A stretch of DNA of 64,000 nucleotides from Candidatus Eiseniibacteriota bacterium. GTDB lineage: Bacteria > Eisenbacteria > RBG-16-71-46 > SZUA-252. A program made the position numbers and the translations under genes. The notes under the pieces were generated by a model. The model was not told where the DNA came from and ran no database searches. It saw only the letters and a list, made by a program, of their open reading frames with translations. Where the stretch lies: positions 768,001 through 832,000 of the forward strand of contig OY969801.1 of NCBI GenBank assembly GCA_963703225.1, given 5' to 3'. Shown piece after piece: positions 1 through 9,803 of this stretch. Numbering within the stretch: the stretch's first letter is position 1; the number at the start of each line of letters is the position of its first letter.

Positions 1-1918
1 TCCGGGCATCGTCCGGGCAGCTCACACCGCACCGGTCCTTGTGGTTATCGTTGTCATCATCATCGTCATCGCCGTCCCCGCCTCCCTGGGGATGGCTGCC
101 GGTCAGATAGACCGCCGCTGCATCGTGGTGACCCCGTCCATGGCCGTCGGAGTGCCGGTCATCGCCGTCGTGATCGCCATCATGACCGCCGTCGTGGCGG
201 GGGTCGCAAACGAGATCGAGCCGGGCCCCGCCATCCAGCGCCGCGATCGACTGGCCGTGGAATTGGAGCGTGATGCCGGAGAGGACAACGTCGCGAATGT
301 CGAAGGAGCCGTCGACCGGTCGTACCCTGAAGCAGGTGGCATCACTTCGGGGCTTGAACGCCCCAAGGAGGCACGCCTTTCCCGGGACTTCCGCCACGTC
401 GCTACCCACATCGACGACCGTAATGTTCGTGGTCGCGGTGCCGGTGCCGCCGTGTCCGTCATTTCCGACAAAGGGTACCTCATAGACGCCCGCCTGGGTG
501 TCATCTGGGGTCCAGGAGAAGGTACCGGTGTTATCCCCCTGATCGGAGAACAAGGCGCCGGAAGGCACCGGATTCGCCGAGAGCGCGACGTGATCCCCGT
601 CAGGATCGGAGCCCGTCACCGTGAATGAGAGATTGACGCCCTCGTCCACCTGCTCGTTCGATGGGGCCGTTACCGTTGGCACGTGATTCTCGACGCCACC
701 GCCCGTCACCGTGATTGCAGTGCTGGCCGAGCCCGTGCCACCGCGATTATCTCGACCGGTGAACGAGGCCAGGTACATGCCGGCCTGACCGGAGCCCGGG
801 CTCCACGTGAAGGTGCCCGTGTTGTTCAGGTTGTCGAGGAAATCCGACCCGGGGGGCAGACCGGTGCCGGCGAGATCTACATGGTCCCCGTCGGCATCGC
901 TCGCGGTCACGTCAAAACTGAGGGTCGATCCGACAGCGACCGTCTGATTCGCCGGAGCGCTCAAGACCGGCGCGTGGTTCGCGGGCCCGCCGTCCCCGGT
1001 AACGATGATGTCGAAGGTCTCGGTGACGGACATCCCGAGCGAGGTAGCGGTGACGGAGGCCGGGTAGGTGCCTGCGCTGCCGTTCGGGGGGGAAACCGTA
1101 ATCGTCGTATTCACAGCCCCCGTTCCCGTACCCGGTGGATTCAGGGTGGCGAACGACGGGAGTGTGGCGGTGAGATTGATGAATGCGCCCGCCATGAAGG
1201 TCGCGTTGACCGGGACGGATACCGAGGAGCCACCCTGCACCGTGACGTCATCGATCGGCGTGATCGCGAGCCGAGGCGCGCTCGCGACGTGAATATGCGT
1301 CACGGCCGCCCCCGCGAGGGTGTTCGTCGCGGTGAAGATGACGTCGAACTCGCCGGCATCCCCGACGCCCGTCGACCAGTCGAATACTCCCGATGAATTC
1401 GAGCCGTTCGGCGTGAACGTTGACGCGTCGGGAAGACTGGAAATGCTCAGGGACTCGATGTTGTCCCCGTCCGGATCGGTGGCGCTGACGGTGAAGGTGA
1501 GGTGCGACCCTGCCGTGACCTCTTGGAGCGCCGGAGCGCTGACGGCCGGGGGTCGGTCCGAACCCGCGGCGTTGACCGTGATTTGAAAGACCCTGGTGCT
1601 CGGCGTGCCGTCCGCGACGGCCGTCACGGCGGCCGAGTGGTTGCCGAGGTCGGTGCTCGACGGAGACAGTGTGAAGCTGGTCACCACGGTCCCGGTTCCG
1701 CTCGTCGGAGTGTTCAAGGTTCCGAACGATGGAAGGGAAGGGGTGAGAGCGATCGGACGGCCGCTGACGTCGATCGCCACCACATTCACGGTCGCCGTGG
1801 CGCCGGCGTTCAAGGTCACGTTCGGAATGGGTGACAGCATGGGCGCCTGGGCATAGGCGCTCGCGAACGGCGCGAGCAGAGACAGGCACAGGGCCAAACA
1901 CCTAAGTGACGCCTTCAT
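1..1918 (-). CDS. Secreted protein with tandem Ig-like (He_PIG/cadherin-like) repeats and a His/Asp-rich tract; partial, runs off the window start
   Basis: Not in the ORF track because it has no stop in the window. ATG at 1918 with AGGAGG RBS; signal peptide MKASLRCLALCLSLLAPFASAYAQ; repeats such as NHAPVLSAP..V..G..L.F.VTASDADGD..L....P.G..F......G.F.W.P. Confidence 0.85.
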   Translation of the reverse strand, partial: MKASLRCLALCLSLLAPFASAYAQAPMLSPIPNVTLNAGATATVNVVAIDVSGRPIALTPSLPSFGTLNTPTSGTGTVVTSFTLSPSSTDLGNHSAAVTAVADGTPSTRVFQITVNAAGSDRPPAVSAPALQEVTAGSHLTFTVSATDPDGDNIESLSISSLPDASTFTPNGSNSSGVFDWSTGVGDAGEFDVIFTATNTLAGAAVTHIHVASAPRLAITPIDDVTVQGGSSVSVPVNATFMAGAFINLTATLPSFATLNPPGTGTGAVNTTITVSPPNGSAGTYPASVTATSLGMSVTETFDIIVTGDGGPANHAPVLSAPANQTVAVGSTLSFDVTASDADGDHVDLAGTGLPPGSDFLDNLNNTGTFTWSPGSGQAGMYLASFTGRDNRGGTGSASTAITVTGGGVENHVPTVTAPSNEQVDEGVNLSFTVTGSDPDGDHVALSANPVPSGALFSDQGDNTGTFSWTPDDTQAGVYEVPFVGNDGHGGTGTATTNITVVDVGSDVAEVPGKACLLGAFKPRSDATCFRVRPVDGSFDIRDVVLSGITLQFHGQSIAALDGGARLDLVCDPRHDGGHDGDHDGDDRHSDGHGRGHHDAAAVYLTGSHPQGGGDGDDDDDDNDNHKDRCGVSCPDDAR

Positions 1919-1989
1919 GTGACCTCCTCGAATCTGCATGGGTGTCTTCCAAACTGGAGCAAAGACATTCCCGTTCACTTCCGTAGGAA

Positions 1990-2004
1990 GCAGGCGGCGT
2001 GCCG
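1990..2004 (-). promoter_or_regulatory. Possible sigma54 -24/-12 promoter for the Ig-repeat gene
   Basis: Minus strand CGGCAC-GCCGC-CTGC (GG-N10-GC), about 70 nt upstream of the ATG. Confidence 0.4.
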
Positions 2005-2246
2005 CCATTTCATGCAGATTGCGCCGTGTGTGGCACCGCACCCCGATCCGCTTGAGACCAAGCGATCGCGCCTGTCGCAGGACGCTATGGGGGCTCGAAT
2101 GGAGCAGCGAGGGGCGGAGGAATGCGGGCCAATGGCCGCGGCGGACCAGAGGGATTCATGCAGACCGCGGCTCAGCGGTAGGGCGGAGTTTGCAGATTCC
2201 TGTGCCAGGGACCCTGCCTGAGGGCCCCGTAGCTCAGGTTGGGAGC

Positions 2247-2468
2247 CTACTTCTCCCGCATTTCAAACGACAGCGCGCCCGAGGGGCAGCGCTTGACCTG
2301 CTCGGCGATCGCCTCGGCCGAAGCGGCCCCGACGTTGATCCAGGGCCGCTTCCCGACGTCGAACACCGCCCGCAACCCCCGGACGCAGACTCCCGAATGG
2401 ATGCAGATCTTGGGGTCGAATCGCACGATGATCGCGTCGTTCTTGTACTCCTGGAGCGGCGATTTCAC
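2247..2468 (-). CDS. Divergent 4Fe-4S mono-cluster protein (YjdI/Fer4_19-like), 73 aa
   Basis: GTG start overlaps the upstream stop; CIHSGVCV...P..FD...RPWI...CPSGAL motif. Confidence 0.85.
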   Translation of the reverse strand: MKSPLQEYKNDAIIVRFDPKICIHSGVCVRGLRAVFDVGKRPWINVGAASAEAIAEQVKRCPSGALSFEMREK

Positions 2469-3001
2469 TTCGCGAGCCCGATCTGCTGCATGTACGAGTG
2501 GTTGTCCCAGAAGAGGTACTCCTCGTCCATCACCCCGTCTTTCCAATGTCCCACGGTGCACATCTGGAGCTTGAACGGCTTCCCGGTGGGCGGAATCGAC
2601 TTGCCGTTTCCCGCGGGCATGGGCCGCGTGAAGGTGCCCTCCATGACCCCGATCACGCTGGTCCAGTCTCCGGCCCCAAACTTGACCGGATGCTCCTTGA
2701 TGCGCGTATCCGGCGCGTAGACGAACATCGCCTTCAGGTCCTCGATGTGCCTCTCGATGCCCTCGGTCTGGTGCCCGTCGGGCCAGTGGACGACGATATC
2801 TTTGGAGTGGCTCTCTTGGAGCCGATCCCACTTCTGGTTCGTGAAAACGTCGAAATCCAGGTTGTCGAAGGTCACGATGTGATCGCTGACGGCCTTTTCG
2901 GCGGCCTCGTATTGAAGGAGCTTCGGATCGGGCTTGGTCGCGCAGCCCGCTACGACGACCGATATGATCGCGACCCACGTACCCCAATCCGCGCGACTCA
3001 T
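2465..3001 (-). CDS. SnoaL-like ester cyclase family lipoprotein
   Basis: Lipobox VAGC; FDNLDFDVF..Q.W...H..D..VHWPDGH...G...H; GTFT.PM..G.G..IPPTGK.F. Confidence 0.8.
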   Translation of the reverse strand: MSRADWGTWVAIISVVVAGCATKPDPKLLQYEAAEKAVSDHIVTFDNLDFDVFTNQKWDRLQESHSKDIVVHWPDGHQTEGIERHIEDLKAMFVYAPDTRIKEHPVKFGAGDWTSVIGVMEGTFTRPMPAGNGKSIPPTGKPFKLQMCTVGHWKDGVMDEEYLFWDNHSYMQQIGLAK

Positions 3002-3282
3002 GATCTCTCACCTTCCTTGGATCGACGGTGCGCCCAAAAATCAGCGGACGACAGCACCGGGGTCACTTCGAACCTCATGAGATCGTCCCACTTGGCGAAC
3101 CAGGGCTTGAGCGACTCCGGCGTGGGCGCCTCCATGAGCTGGTAGCAAATCGTCCCCGCCGGATCGAGCCAGCTGGCGACGTAGGAAACGCCGGGAGGCT
3201 CCATGCGCCCCTTTTCGCGGAATCGCACGCCGACGGCATCGATCGCACCCTTGTTGAAATGTTCGACCACCATGAGGAGCAT
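2998..3282 (-). CDS. DUF3303 family protein
   Basis: MVVEHF...RF...GR..P.GV.Y..SW......CYQLME.......W...W.DL..FEV.PV pattern. Confidence 0.75.
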   Translation of the reverse strand: MLLMVVEHFNKGAIDAVGVRFREKGRMEPPGVSYVASWLDPAGTICYQLMEAPTPESLKPWFAKWDDLMRFEVTPVLSSADFWAHRRSKEGERS

Positions 3283-3310
3283 GGAAGTGCAGCGACCTCC
3301 TTTCGGTACC

Positions 3311-4036
3311 CTAGGATCTCGTCTTCCCTGGCGGCTCGGCGCGCGCCAGCTCTCCCAAATTTCGCACCACCCGGCGCATCAGCATCGCCCCCATCGACAA
3401 CGCCGCCGCCGAGCCGAGTATGTCGAATACGGTAACCCCGCGGCCGATGACGTGGAAGGGTAGCGGGCCGATCGTCAGGGCGAGCACGTTGAGGCCGAAC
3501 AGGATGATTCGTGCCTCCGTCGGTCCCGTCACGCCGTACCCATACCGAAACTTGCCGAACACGTGGGTCTCTAGATACACGTTGATCGAGAGAATGAGAT
3601 AGGCGATCACGATCGCCAGGCCGACCGCGAGAAGCATGAATGGAGAGAAACCGAGACCCAGTCCGATCACCGTCGTGGAGTAGGCGTCGGTGAGGTGGTC
3701 AAGGTAGAAGCCGTAGCGCGGGCGCTCGGTCTTCCGCACGCGGGCCAGGGTGCCGTCCAGGCTGTCGCCGAACCAGTGGACCAGAAGCCCGAAGTTGGAC
3801 AGCCAAAGCCAGTGGACGCTTCGGTTGGAGAGGCCGTACCCGGCGGTGATGATCGTCGCGCCCAGGATCCCGACCGCGGTCAGATGGTCGGGCAGGACCC
3901 ACCGGGGCAACGCCGCGGCCAGGCGAGGCAGCGCCCAGCGCTCGAACCGCGTCGTGATGAAGGTGGATTGCCGTTCCGCCTTGTCCTTCTTCGCCTCGGG
4001 CGCGCTCACGGCAGTCTTAGCGTCGGAATCTGCCAT
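3311..4036 (-). CDS. CDP-alcohol phosphatidyltransferase family protein
   Basis: PDHLT and DSLDGTLAR...R.G.YLDH..D signature; hydrophobic helices. Confidence 0.9.
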   Translation of the reverse strand: MADSDAKTAVSAPEAKKDKAERQSTFITTRFERWALPRLAAALPRWVLPDHLTAVGILGATIITAGYGLSNRSVHWLWLSNFGLLVHWFGDSLDGTLARVRKTERPRYGFYLDHLTDAYSTTVIGLGLGFSPFMLLAVGLAIVIAYLILSINVYLETHVFGKFRYGYGVTGPTEARIILFGLNVLALTIGPLPFHVIGRGVTVFDILGSAAALSMGAMLMRRVVRNLGELARAEPPGKTRS

Positions 4037-4165
4037 AGCCGCCGATTATCCGCCCCCTCAACCACGCGTCAAGGGTTCCCTGGCAAGCCGCGGCCCCGCG
4101 CGCTAAAGTCATGGTTCGCGGTCCGCGCGCCATCGCTCGTGGCCGGGGCTTGCGAGAATCCAACC

Positions 4166-5191
4166 ATGCGACCACCCTACAGACCCCAGCGGATCCTCCT
4201 GACGGGCGCCACCGGCGCCCTCGGCCGTCTGATCCTCCCGGCGCTGACCCGCCTGGGGGTGCCGGTCCGCGCGCTCACCCACAAGGGGAGCCCGTCCATT
4301 TCGGCGCTTCGGATCGCGGAGCTTCGGGATGGGGACTTGGAGCGGCCGCTCAGCCTTCACGGGATCGCCGACGGCTGCGACGTCGTCGTCCACGCCGCCA
4401 CGAGGCCCGGGTTCACGAGCCTGGATCGGCGCCGTCAGCGCCGGATCCACGTGGATGGAACCGAAGCCGTGCTGCGCGAGAGCCAGAGCGCGGGCGCCAA
4501 GATCTTCATCCTCCTGGGATATACGGGCACGATTCAAGAACGCGCGGACACCGGGACCCCCATTGACGAGGAGACGCCGCCCGAGGCGGAGTACCAGTCG
4601 GACTCGGTGCGGATGATCTATGAGGCGGAGGCGCTCGTGCTGGAGGCGAACCGCCAGACCTCGCTCCGGACGATGGTCGTGAGCCAGGGCGTCCTCGCGT
4701 CGCCCGGTGTGCCGACCGCCTTGGGCGGGCTCATCGTGACATTTCTCCGCCGTGAGCTGCCGTTTCGGATGCTGGACGAGGTCTGGCTGGCGCCGAGCGA
4801 CGGTGGGGACATTGGGAGATGTGTCGCGGCCGCCATCGAGCAGGGGCACGGGGGAAGGCGGTACTTCGCGACTGGTGAGTGCCTTCGTCTGGGCGACCTT
4901 TACAACCGGATGGCGAGGCTCACGGGGGTTGCCGCGCCGCGCCGGCGGCTTCCGGACCTGCTGGCGGAGGAGCTCGGCCATCTGACGCCGGTCCTTCCCG
5001 CCCACTCCTTCCTCCGCCAGCTCGTGTTGCCGCGCGAGCTGGTGCTCCATCTCCTCAGGCTCGCGCCCCTCACGAACGCGCGAACGCGCGCGGAGCTGGG
5101 TTTCGCGCCCACGGCCCTCGACGATCTGATTCTGAGATTTGCGCGGACCGAAGGAGTGCTACCCGGGCACCTGGCTGGCGCCGCGGGCTGA
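4166..5191 (+). CDS. NAD-dependent epimerase/dehydratase (atypical SDR, HpnA-like fold)
   Basis: ATG at 4166; ILLTGATGALG Rossmann motif; GCDVVVHAA; catalytic YxxxK not evident. Confidence 0.8.
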   Translation: MRPPYRPQRILLTGATGALGRLILPALTRLGVPVRALTHKGSPSISALRIAELRDGDLERPLSLHGIADGCDVVVHAATRPGFTSLDRRRQRRIHVDGTEAVLRESQSAGAKIFILLGYTGTIQERADTGTPIDEETPPEAEYQSDSVRMIYEAEALVLEANRQTSLRTMVVSQGVLASPGVPTALGGLIVTFLRRELPFRMLDEVWLAPSDGGDIGRCVAAAIEQGHGGRRYFATGECLRLGDLYNRMARLTGVAAPRRRLPDLLAEELGHLTPVLPAHSFLRQLVLPRELVLHLLRLAPLTNARTRAELGFAPTALDDLILRFARTEGVLPGHLAGAAG

Positions 5192-7606
5192 GCGGGCGCG
5201 GGACGCGTCGAGGATCTCGCGCACCTTCCGCGCGAACGTGAGCTGCGTGTAAGGCTTCTCGAGGAAATGGAACCCCGCGGCTTCCGAGCCCTTGGCGAGC
5301 GCGGAATCGCGCGTGTAGCCGGAGACGAACAAGATCGGCAAGCCGGGGCAGATCTCCCGAACCCGCTCGGCCAGCTCGCGCCCTCCCATCTCCGGCATCA
5401 CGACGTCGGTCACCAACACCGCGACCGATGCTTTCTCCCGCTCCAGCACGCGGAGGGCTCCGCTGGGACCTGGCGCGCCCAGGACACGATAGCCCAGCTC
5501 GGTCAACGCCTCGCTGGCCAAGGTCAACAGGCTGGGATCGTCTTCGACCAGCATGACGGTCTCGGTCCCGGCGGGGAACGCCACGGGTGAAGGCACCGGG
5601 GGAGCGTCGCGCTCCACGTCGCTCACCTCGGGAAGCAGAACCTCGAATTCGGCTCCGCGATGGGGCTCGCTGATCGCGCGCACGCGCCCGCCGTGCTGGC
5701 TCACGATCCCATAGACCGTCGCGAGGCCGAGGCCCGTCCCGCGGCCCGGCTCCTTCGTCGTGAAGAAGGGCTCGAAGATGTGCTCCAGCACCGTCGGGGC
5801 GATCCCCACACCCGTGTCCGAGACCCGCATGCGCACATAGGCGCCCGGGACGACGTCGGCGCCGACCGGTAGCTCTCCCGATTCAACCTGGACCCGATCG
5901 GTCCGGATGGTGATGACCCCGCCTTGGGGCATGGCGTCGCGCGCGTTCACCACGAGGTTCACGATCACCTGCTCGAGCTGGGCCGGGTCGACCCGCACGC
6001 GGCCGATGGAGTCGGAGAGCTGAATCTGGAACCGGATGTTTTCGCCCACCAATCGCCGGACCATCTCCTCCAGATTCCGGATGGCGGCGTTCAAATCTAC
6101 GATCCGCGGCTGGGTGGTGGCGCGGCGGCTGAAGGCCAGGAGCTGACGCGTCAGAGCCGCGGCGCGCTCGCCGCCCTTTCGTATCTCTTCCACAGCCGGC
6201 CGCGAGGGGTCGGCTTTGGAAATTCGACCGAGCAGGAGATCGGCGTAGCCCAGGACCGCGGTCAGGATGTTGTTGAAGTCATGCGCCACGCCTCCGGCGA
6301 GCTGCCCGACAGCCTCCATCTTCTGCGCGTGGCGGAACTGCTCTTCCAGCACCACGCGCTCGGTCACGTCCACCTCGATCCCGTCGACATGGATGATCCC
6401 GTCGGCTTCCAGCCGGGGCGTGAGGCGGCTCCGATGCCAGCGCCAGATGCCCCTCGACGTCTCGTAGCGGATCTCGACCGACGCGGGTTGAAGCTTGAGG
6501 AGCTGCTTCAGCGCGGGAACGGCGATATTCTGCGCGTCGTCCGGGTGGACGCGTCGGAGCCAGAAATTGGGATCTTGGTCCAGCTCGCGGGCCGGGATGC
6601 CGTAAAGCGCCTCGGCGCCCCGCGAGACGTACTCGTACCGGAGGATCCGCGCGTTCGGGTCGAGCGTGAAGGTGAAGAGCGCGGCGTCCAGGTTCCGCGC
6701 GATGGCCGCCTCGCGATCCATCGCGAGGCGCTGCTCGACCAGCGCGCGCTCTCGATCGGTGACGTCGCGAAAGCTCCAAACCCGCCCCACGATCTCGTTC
6801 TCCAGCCGCTGGGGCAAGGAGTACCGCTCGAACACGCGCCCGTCGCGGAATCGAAGCGTGTCGAAGCTCTCCGCTTCCGGCGTCGCGTACAATTTCCGGA
6901 CTTTCGAGAGGAAGTGCTCCGGGTCCTCGAGCTGCGAGGTCACGAACGTGAGGGCTCGCTCGTCGTCTCGACCCTGGAGAATCTCGGACGGGATTCTCCA
7001 CATGCGCGCGAAGCGCTCGTTGAAGCGGACGATGTGCCCTTCGCGGTCCACGACCAGGAGCCCGTCCGCGGTCGACTCGAGCGCTGCTTCCAATAGGGAG
7101 AGCGCATTGTACCGCTCCGCCTCGTCTTCCTGGCGCGCCGTGATGTCGCGGACGATGCCAAAGCCTTCGACAAAGCGGCCGTCCTTGTCGAGGATCGGAT
7201 GCGTGGTGACGAGCACTTGGAGACCGCTGCCGTCGCGGCGGCGGAGCAGGGTCTCGAACCGGGTGGCTTCGCCCCGAAGCCCCTTGGCAAACGCGTCCAT
7301 CGCCGCTTCCATCGATTCGGGCGGCGTGAAATCCCGGAAGTGGCGGCCCACAATTTCTTCCGGCTCGTAGCCCAACATCTCGGCCATCGAGCGGTTGATC
7401 TCCAGGGTCACGCCTTGAGGATCGACGCGCCAGAGGCCCTCGGGGGAGTTGGCGAGGAGCGCGCCGAGGCGCGCCGCCGAGGCCTCGTTGGATCCCCTCG
7501 CCTCGCGCTTCCACTTCCGAACGCGGACAAGGAGACCGACGATGACGGCGACCGCGATGACGGCGATCGCGATGGTAGCCGGTGCGGCGAGTGGGCCGGC
7601 CGTCAC
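5159..7606 (-). CDS. PAS-PAS-PAS hybrid sensor histidine kinase/receiver (CckA-like)
   Basis: N-terminal TM helix; PAS domains; [21 protein letters not shown]-box; NARDAM; GTGLGLA; C-terminal REC (TDVVMPEM). Confidence 0.93.
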   Translation of the reverse strand: MTAGPLAAPATIAIAVIAVAVIVGLLVRVRKWKREARGSNEASAARLGALLANSPEGLWRVDPQGVTLEINRSMAEMLGYEPEEIVGRHFRDFTPPESMEAAMDAFAKGLRGEATRFETLLRRRDGSGLQVLVTTHPILDKDGRFVEGFGIVRDITARQEDEAERYNALSLLEAALESTADGLLVVDREGHIVRFNERFARMWRIPSEILQGRDDERALTFVTSQLEDPEHFLSKVRKLYATPEAESFDTLRFRDGRVFERYSLPQRLENEIVGRVWSFRDVTDRERALVEQRLAMDREAAIARNLDAALFTFTLDPNARILRYEYVSRGAEALYGIPARELDQDPNFWLRRVHPDDAQNIAVPALKQLLKLQPASVEIRYETSRGIWRWHRSRLTPRLEADGIIHVDGIEVDVTERVVLEEQFRHAQKMEAVGQLAGGVAHDFNNILTAVLGYADLLLGRISKADPSRPAVEEIRKGGERAAALTRQLLAFSRRATTQPRIVDLNAAIRNLEEMVRRLVGENIRFQIQLSDSIGRVRVDPAQLEQVIVNLVVNARDAMPQGGVITIRTDRVQVESGELPVGADVVPGAYVRMRVSDTGVGIAPTVLEHIFEPFFTTKEPGRGTGLGLATVYGIVSQHGGRVRAISEPHRGAEFEVLLPEVSDVERDAPPVPSPVAFPAGTETVMLVEDDPSLLTLASEALTELGYRVLGAPGPSGALRVLEREKASVAVLVTDVVMPEMGGRELAERVREICPGLPILFVSGYTRDSALAKGSEAAGFHFLEKPYTQLTFARKVREILDASRARSARGASQVPG

Positions 7607-9159
7607 TTCTTGTCTGTCGGGGTCTCGGGCGCCTCGCCTTCCGGTGCCGGTGGCGCCTGCCCCTCAGGGGTCGGCGGCATCTTGGGTTCGAGACCCGGTG
7701 CGGGTGGAACCGGCGTGGAGCCGAACGACTCGCGGCGAACCTTCTCCTTATAAAGCACGTTCATGTTCATCACGCGGAAGTCGACACGCCGGTTGATCGC
7801 GCGATTCGCCGACGACGTATTCGGCACGAGCGGATCGGTGTCGCCGTATCCCGTAATCCAATAGCTCTTGGCGTTGAGCTTCGGATAGGTGCGGAACAGA
7901 TACTGGAGCACGGCGCGCGCCCGCATCTGGGACAGCGGGATCCGATAGCCGGCCTCCGGCTGGTCATCCACATGGACGCCGATCTCCACTTTCACCATCG
8001 GCCACTGGAGGAGCACCGTCGCGACGGAGTCGAGCCGAGCCATGGCCTGGGGCTTGAGTACCGTTGAATCGGGCGGGAACTCGAGATCGGTGAGCCGGAT
8101 CATCCAGTCGTCGACCAACTTCCGCTCGAAGGGCAAGAGCGTGATGGCGCAGCCGCCCGCGTTCACCGCGGTCCCCGCCGGAGTGAAGGGGCAGGTGTCG
8201 ACGCCGTCGGGTACGCCGTCGCCGTCGTTGTCGAGCGGACAGCCGCTGACGTCAACCACCGAGCCGGCGGGCGTGTCGGGGCACTTGTCGAGGCCGTCGA
8301 AGACCTTGTCGCCATCGGAGTCGAGGCCGCAGCCCTTGGCGTCCACCACCACCCCAACCACGGTGGAGTCGCACTGGTCGATGCCGTCCGGCACGCCGTC
8401 CTTGTCGGAATCGATGGCGACCCCGCTCAGATCGACCTTGGCGCCCAGTGGCGTCGCGGGGCTCTTGTCGAGGCCGTCAAAGACCCCGTCCTTGTCGGTG
8501 TCGAGAGGCGTCCCGGTCGCGTCCACGACCGCGCCGCGAGGCGTGCCGGGGCTCTTGTCGGCCTTGTCTGGAACTCCATCCTCGTCGGAGTCGCGGGGAC
8601 GTCCCATCCAAAACGCGGTGACGCTCCCGGAGATGATGATGTCGTTGACGCGGGTATCGCGCCCGAGGCCGCCCACCTGGTCGTAGGTGATTCCTCGCCC
8701 GTCCAGCCGGAACCCAAATCGCTCGCCCGCTCTGGCGATGATGCCGACCCCAACATGAATGGCGGAGTTGCTCTTGGTGGTCGGGGCGCCGAGATCAATC
8801 TTCGCCGAACCGTATCCGGCGTAGAGATAGGGGAGGGTCCAGCGGTTCTTGTCGGGCGTCAGGATGAGTCCCCCCCCGAAGTGCGTGAAGGTCGACTTGC
8901 CGACGTAGGGCTCCTCGACGCTGGGATGGGAATAGTAGTAGAGGCCCTCCAGCCCAATCGACCGATTGAGGAAGTAGGACGCCCTGGCGTCGTACCCCAC
9001 GTTGTCCTTGAGGCCCTGCTCGGGGTCGTAAAAGGTGGCCCCGGCTCCGACCGAAACCCACGCCTTCTCTTCGACCGCCTCGACGGCCGGGGCGGCCGTC
9101 AGGAGGGCCAAAGCGAGGAGGGCGGGCAGTCGAAGGGCTCGGGTCAGGGGTGAAGCCAT
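7603..9159 (-). CDS. OmpA family protein: outer-membrane beta-barrel + thrombospondin type-3 Ca-binding repeats + OmpA_C domain
   Basis: Signal peptide; repeats D.D.DGV.D..DKCP.TP.G..VD..GC; LSQMRARAV, GYGDTDP, NRAINRRVDF. Confidence 0.9.
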   Translation of the reverse strand: MASPLTRALRLPALLALALLTAAPAVEAVEEKAWVSVGAGATFYDPEQGLKDNVGYDARASYFLNRSIGLEGLYYYSHPSVEEPYVGKSTFTHFGGGLILTPDKNRWTLPYLYAGYGSAKIDLGAPTTKSNSAIHVGVGIIARAGERFGFRLDGRGITYDQVGGLGRDTRVNDIIISGSVTAFWMGRPRDSDEDGVPDKADKSPGTPRGAVVDATGTPLDTDKDGVFDGLDKSPATPLGAKVDLSGVAIDSDKDGVPDGIDQCDSTVVGVVVDAKGCGLDSDGDKVFDGLDKCPDTPAGSVVDVSGCPLDNDGDGVPDGVDTCPFTPAGTAVNAGGCAITLLPFERKLVDDWMIRLTDLEFPPDSTVLKPQAMARLDSVATVLLQWPMVKVEIGVHVDDQPEAGYRIPLSQMRARAVLQYLFRTYPKLNAKSYWITGYGDTDPLVPNTSSANRAINRRVDFRVMNMNVLYKEKVRRESFGSTPVPPAPGLEPKMPPTPEGQAPPAPEGEAPETPTDKK

Positions 9160-9203
9160 GCTGTTCCTCCGGAGACCGACAGGACGGGGAAAAGAGTCGG
9201 CGG

Positions 9204-9246
9204 AGTCTGGCGGTTTTTCGCCCCTATGTCAACAATCTGCTATACT
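9204..9246. promoter_or_regulatory. Candidate divergent sigma70 promoters (ompA-like gene / yqeY operon)
   Basis: Minus strand TTGACA(9232-9227)-N17-CAGACT; plus strand extended -10 TGCTATACT at 9238-9246. Confidence 0.45.
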
Positions 9247-9307
9247 TTGAGCCTGTCCCGCCCGGGCCCAGGAGGGCCCCCGGGCTCACCCACGCAAGGA
9301 GAAATGA

Positions 9308-9754
9308 TTGCTGGAGCAGCGCCTCGAGCAGGACATGAAGGCCGCCCTGAAGGCCGGCGAGCACGCGCGCCTCTCCACGATCCGGATGATGCGGAGCCAA
9401 ATCCTTCTCGAGAAGAAGAAGGATGCCTCTCGGACGACCCTGACCGACGACGAGGTGATCACCGTGATCGGCTCCTATGCGAAGAAGCTTCGGGAATCGG
9501 CGGCGGAATATGAGAAGCTCGGTCGTGCCGCCGAGGCGGGCAAGATTCGCGAAGAACTGGGCGTCGTGCAGGGGTACCTTCCCCAGCAGCTGACCGAAGC
9601 GGAAGCGCGGGAACTGGTGAAAGGCGCGTTGGCCGAGCTTGGAATCACGTCGGTCAAGGAGTTCGGCCGGGCGATGAAGGAAGTTCAAGCGCGCGCCAAG
9701 GGCAGGGCGGACGGCAAGCTCATGAGCGAGATCGTCCGATCGATGCTCGACTGA
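9308..9754 (+). CDS. yqeY: GatB/YqeY domain protein
   Basis: L..DMK.ALKA....RLSTIR; K..RES...Y...GR; YLPQQL; GRADGK. Confidence 0.88.
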   Translation: MLEQRLEQDMKAALKAGEHARLSTIRMMRSQILLEKKKDASRTTLTDDEVITVIGSYAKKLRESAAEYEKLGRAAEAGKIREELGVVQGYLPQQLTEAEARELVKGALAELGITSVKEFGRAMKEVQARAKGRADGKLMSEIVRSMLD

Positions 9755-9803
9755 TCCACCCCATCGAGCGCATGGAACGAACCCGTATGACTGAAGGAAA
9801 GCG

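Noticed and set aside
2222..2246. tRNA-like 5' sequence GGGCCCCGTAGCTCAGGTTGGGAGC with a D-arm-like stem
   Set aside because: No anticodon arm, T-arm or acceptor 3' strand follows; it runs straight into the stop of the Fe-S gene. At most a fragment or chance match.
8150..8600. Periodic DNA repeats that could resemble an array
   Set aside because: They are coding thrombospondin type-3 repeats within the OmpA protein, not CRISPR; there are no identical repeats with unique spacers and no cas genes.
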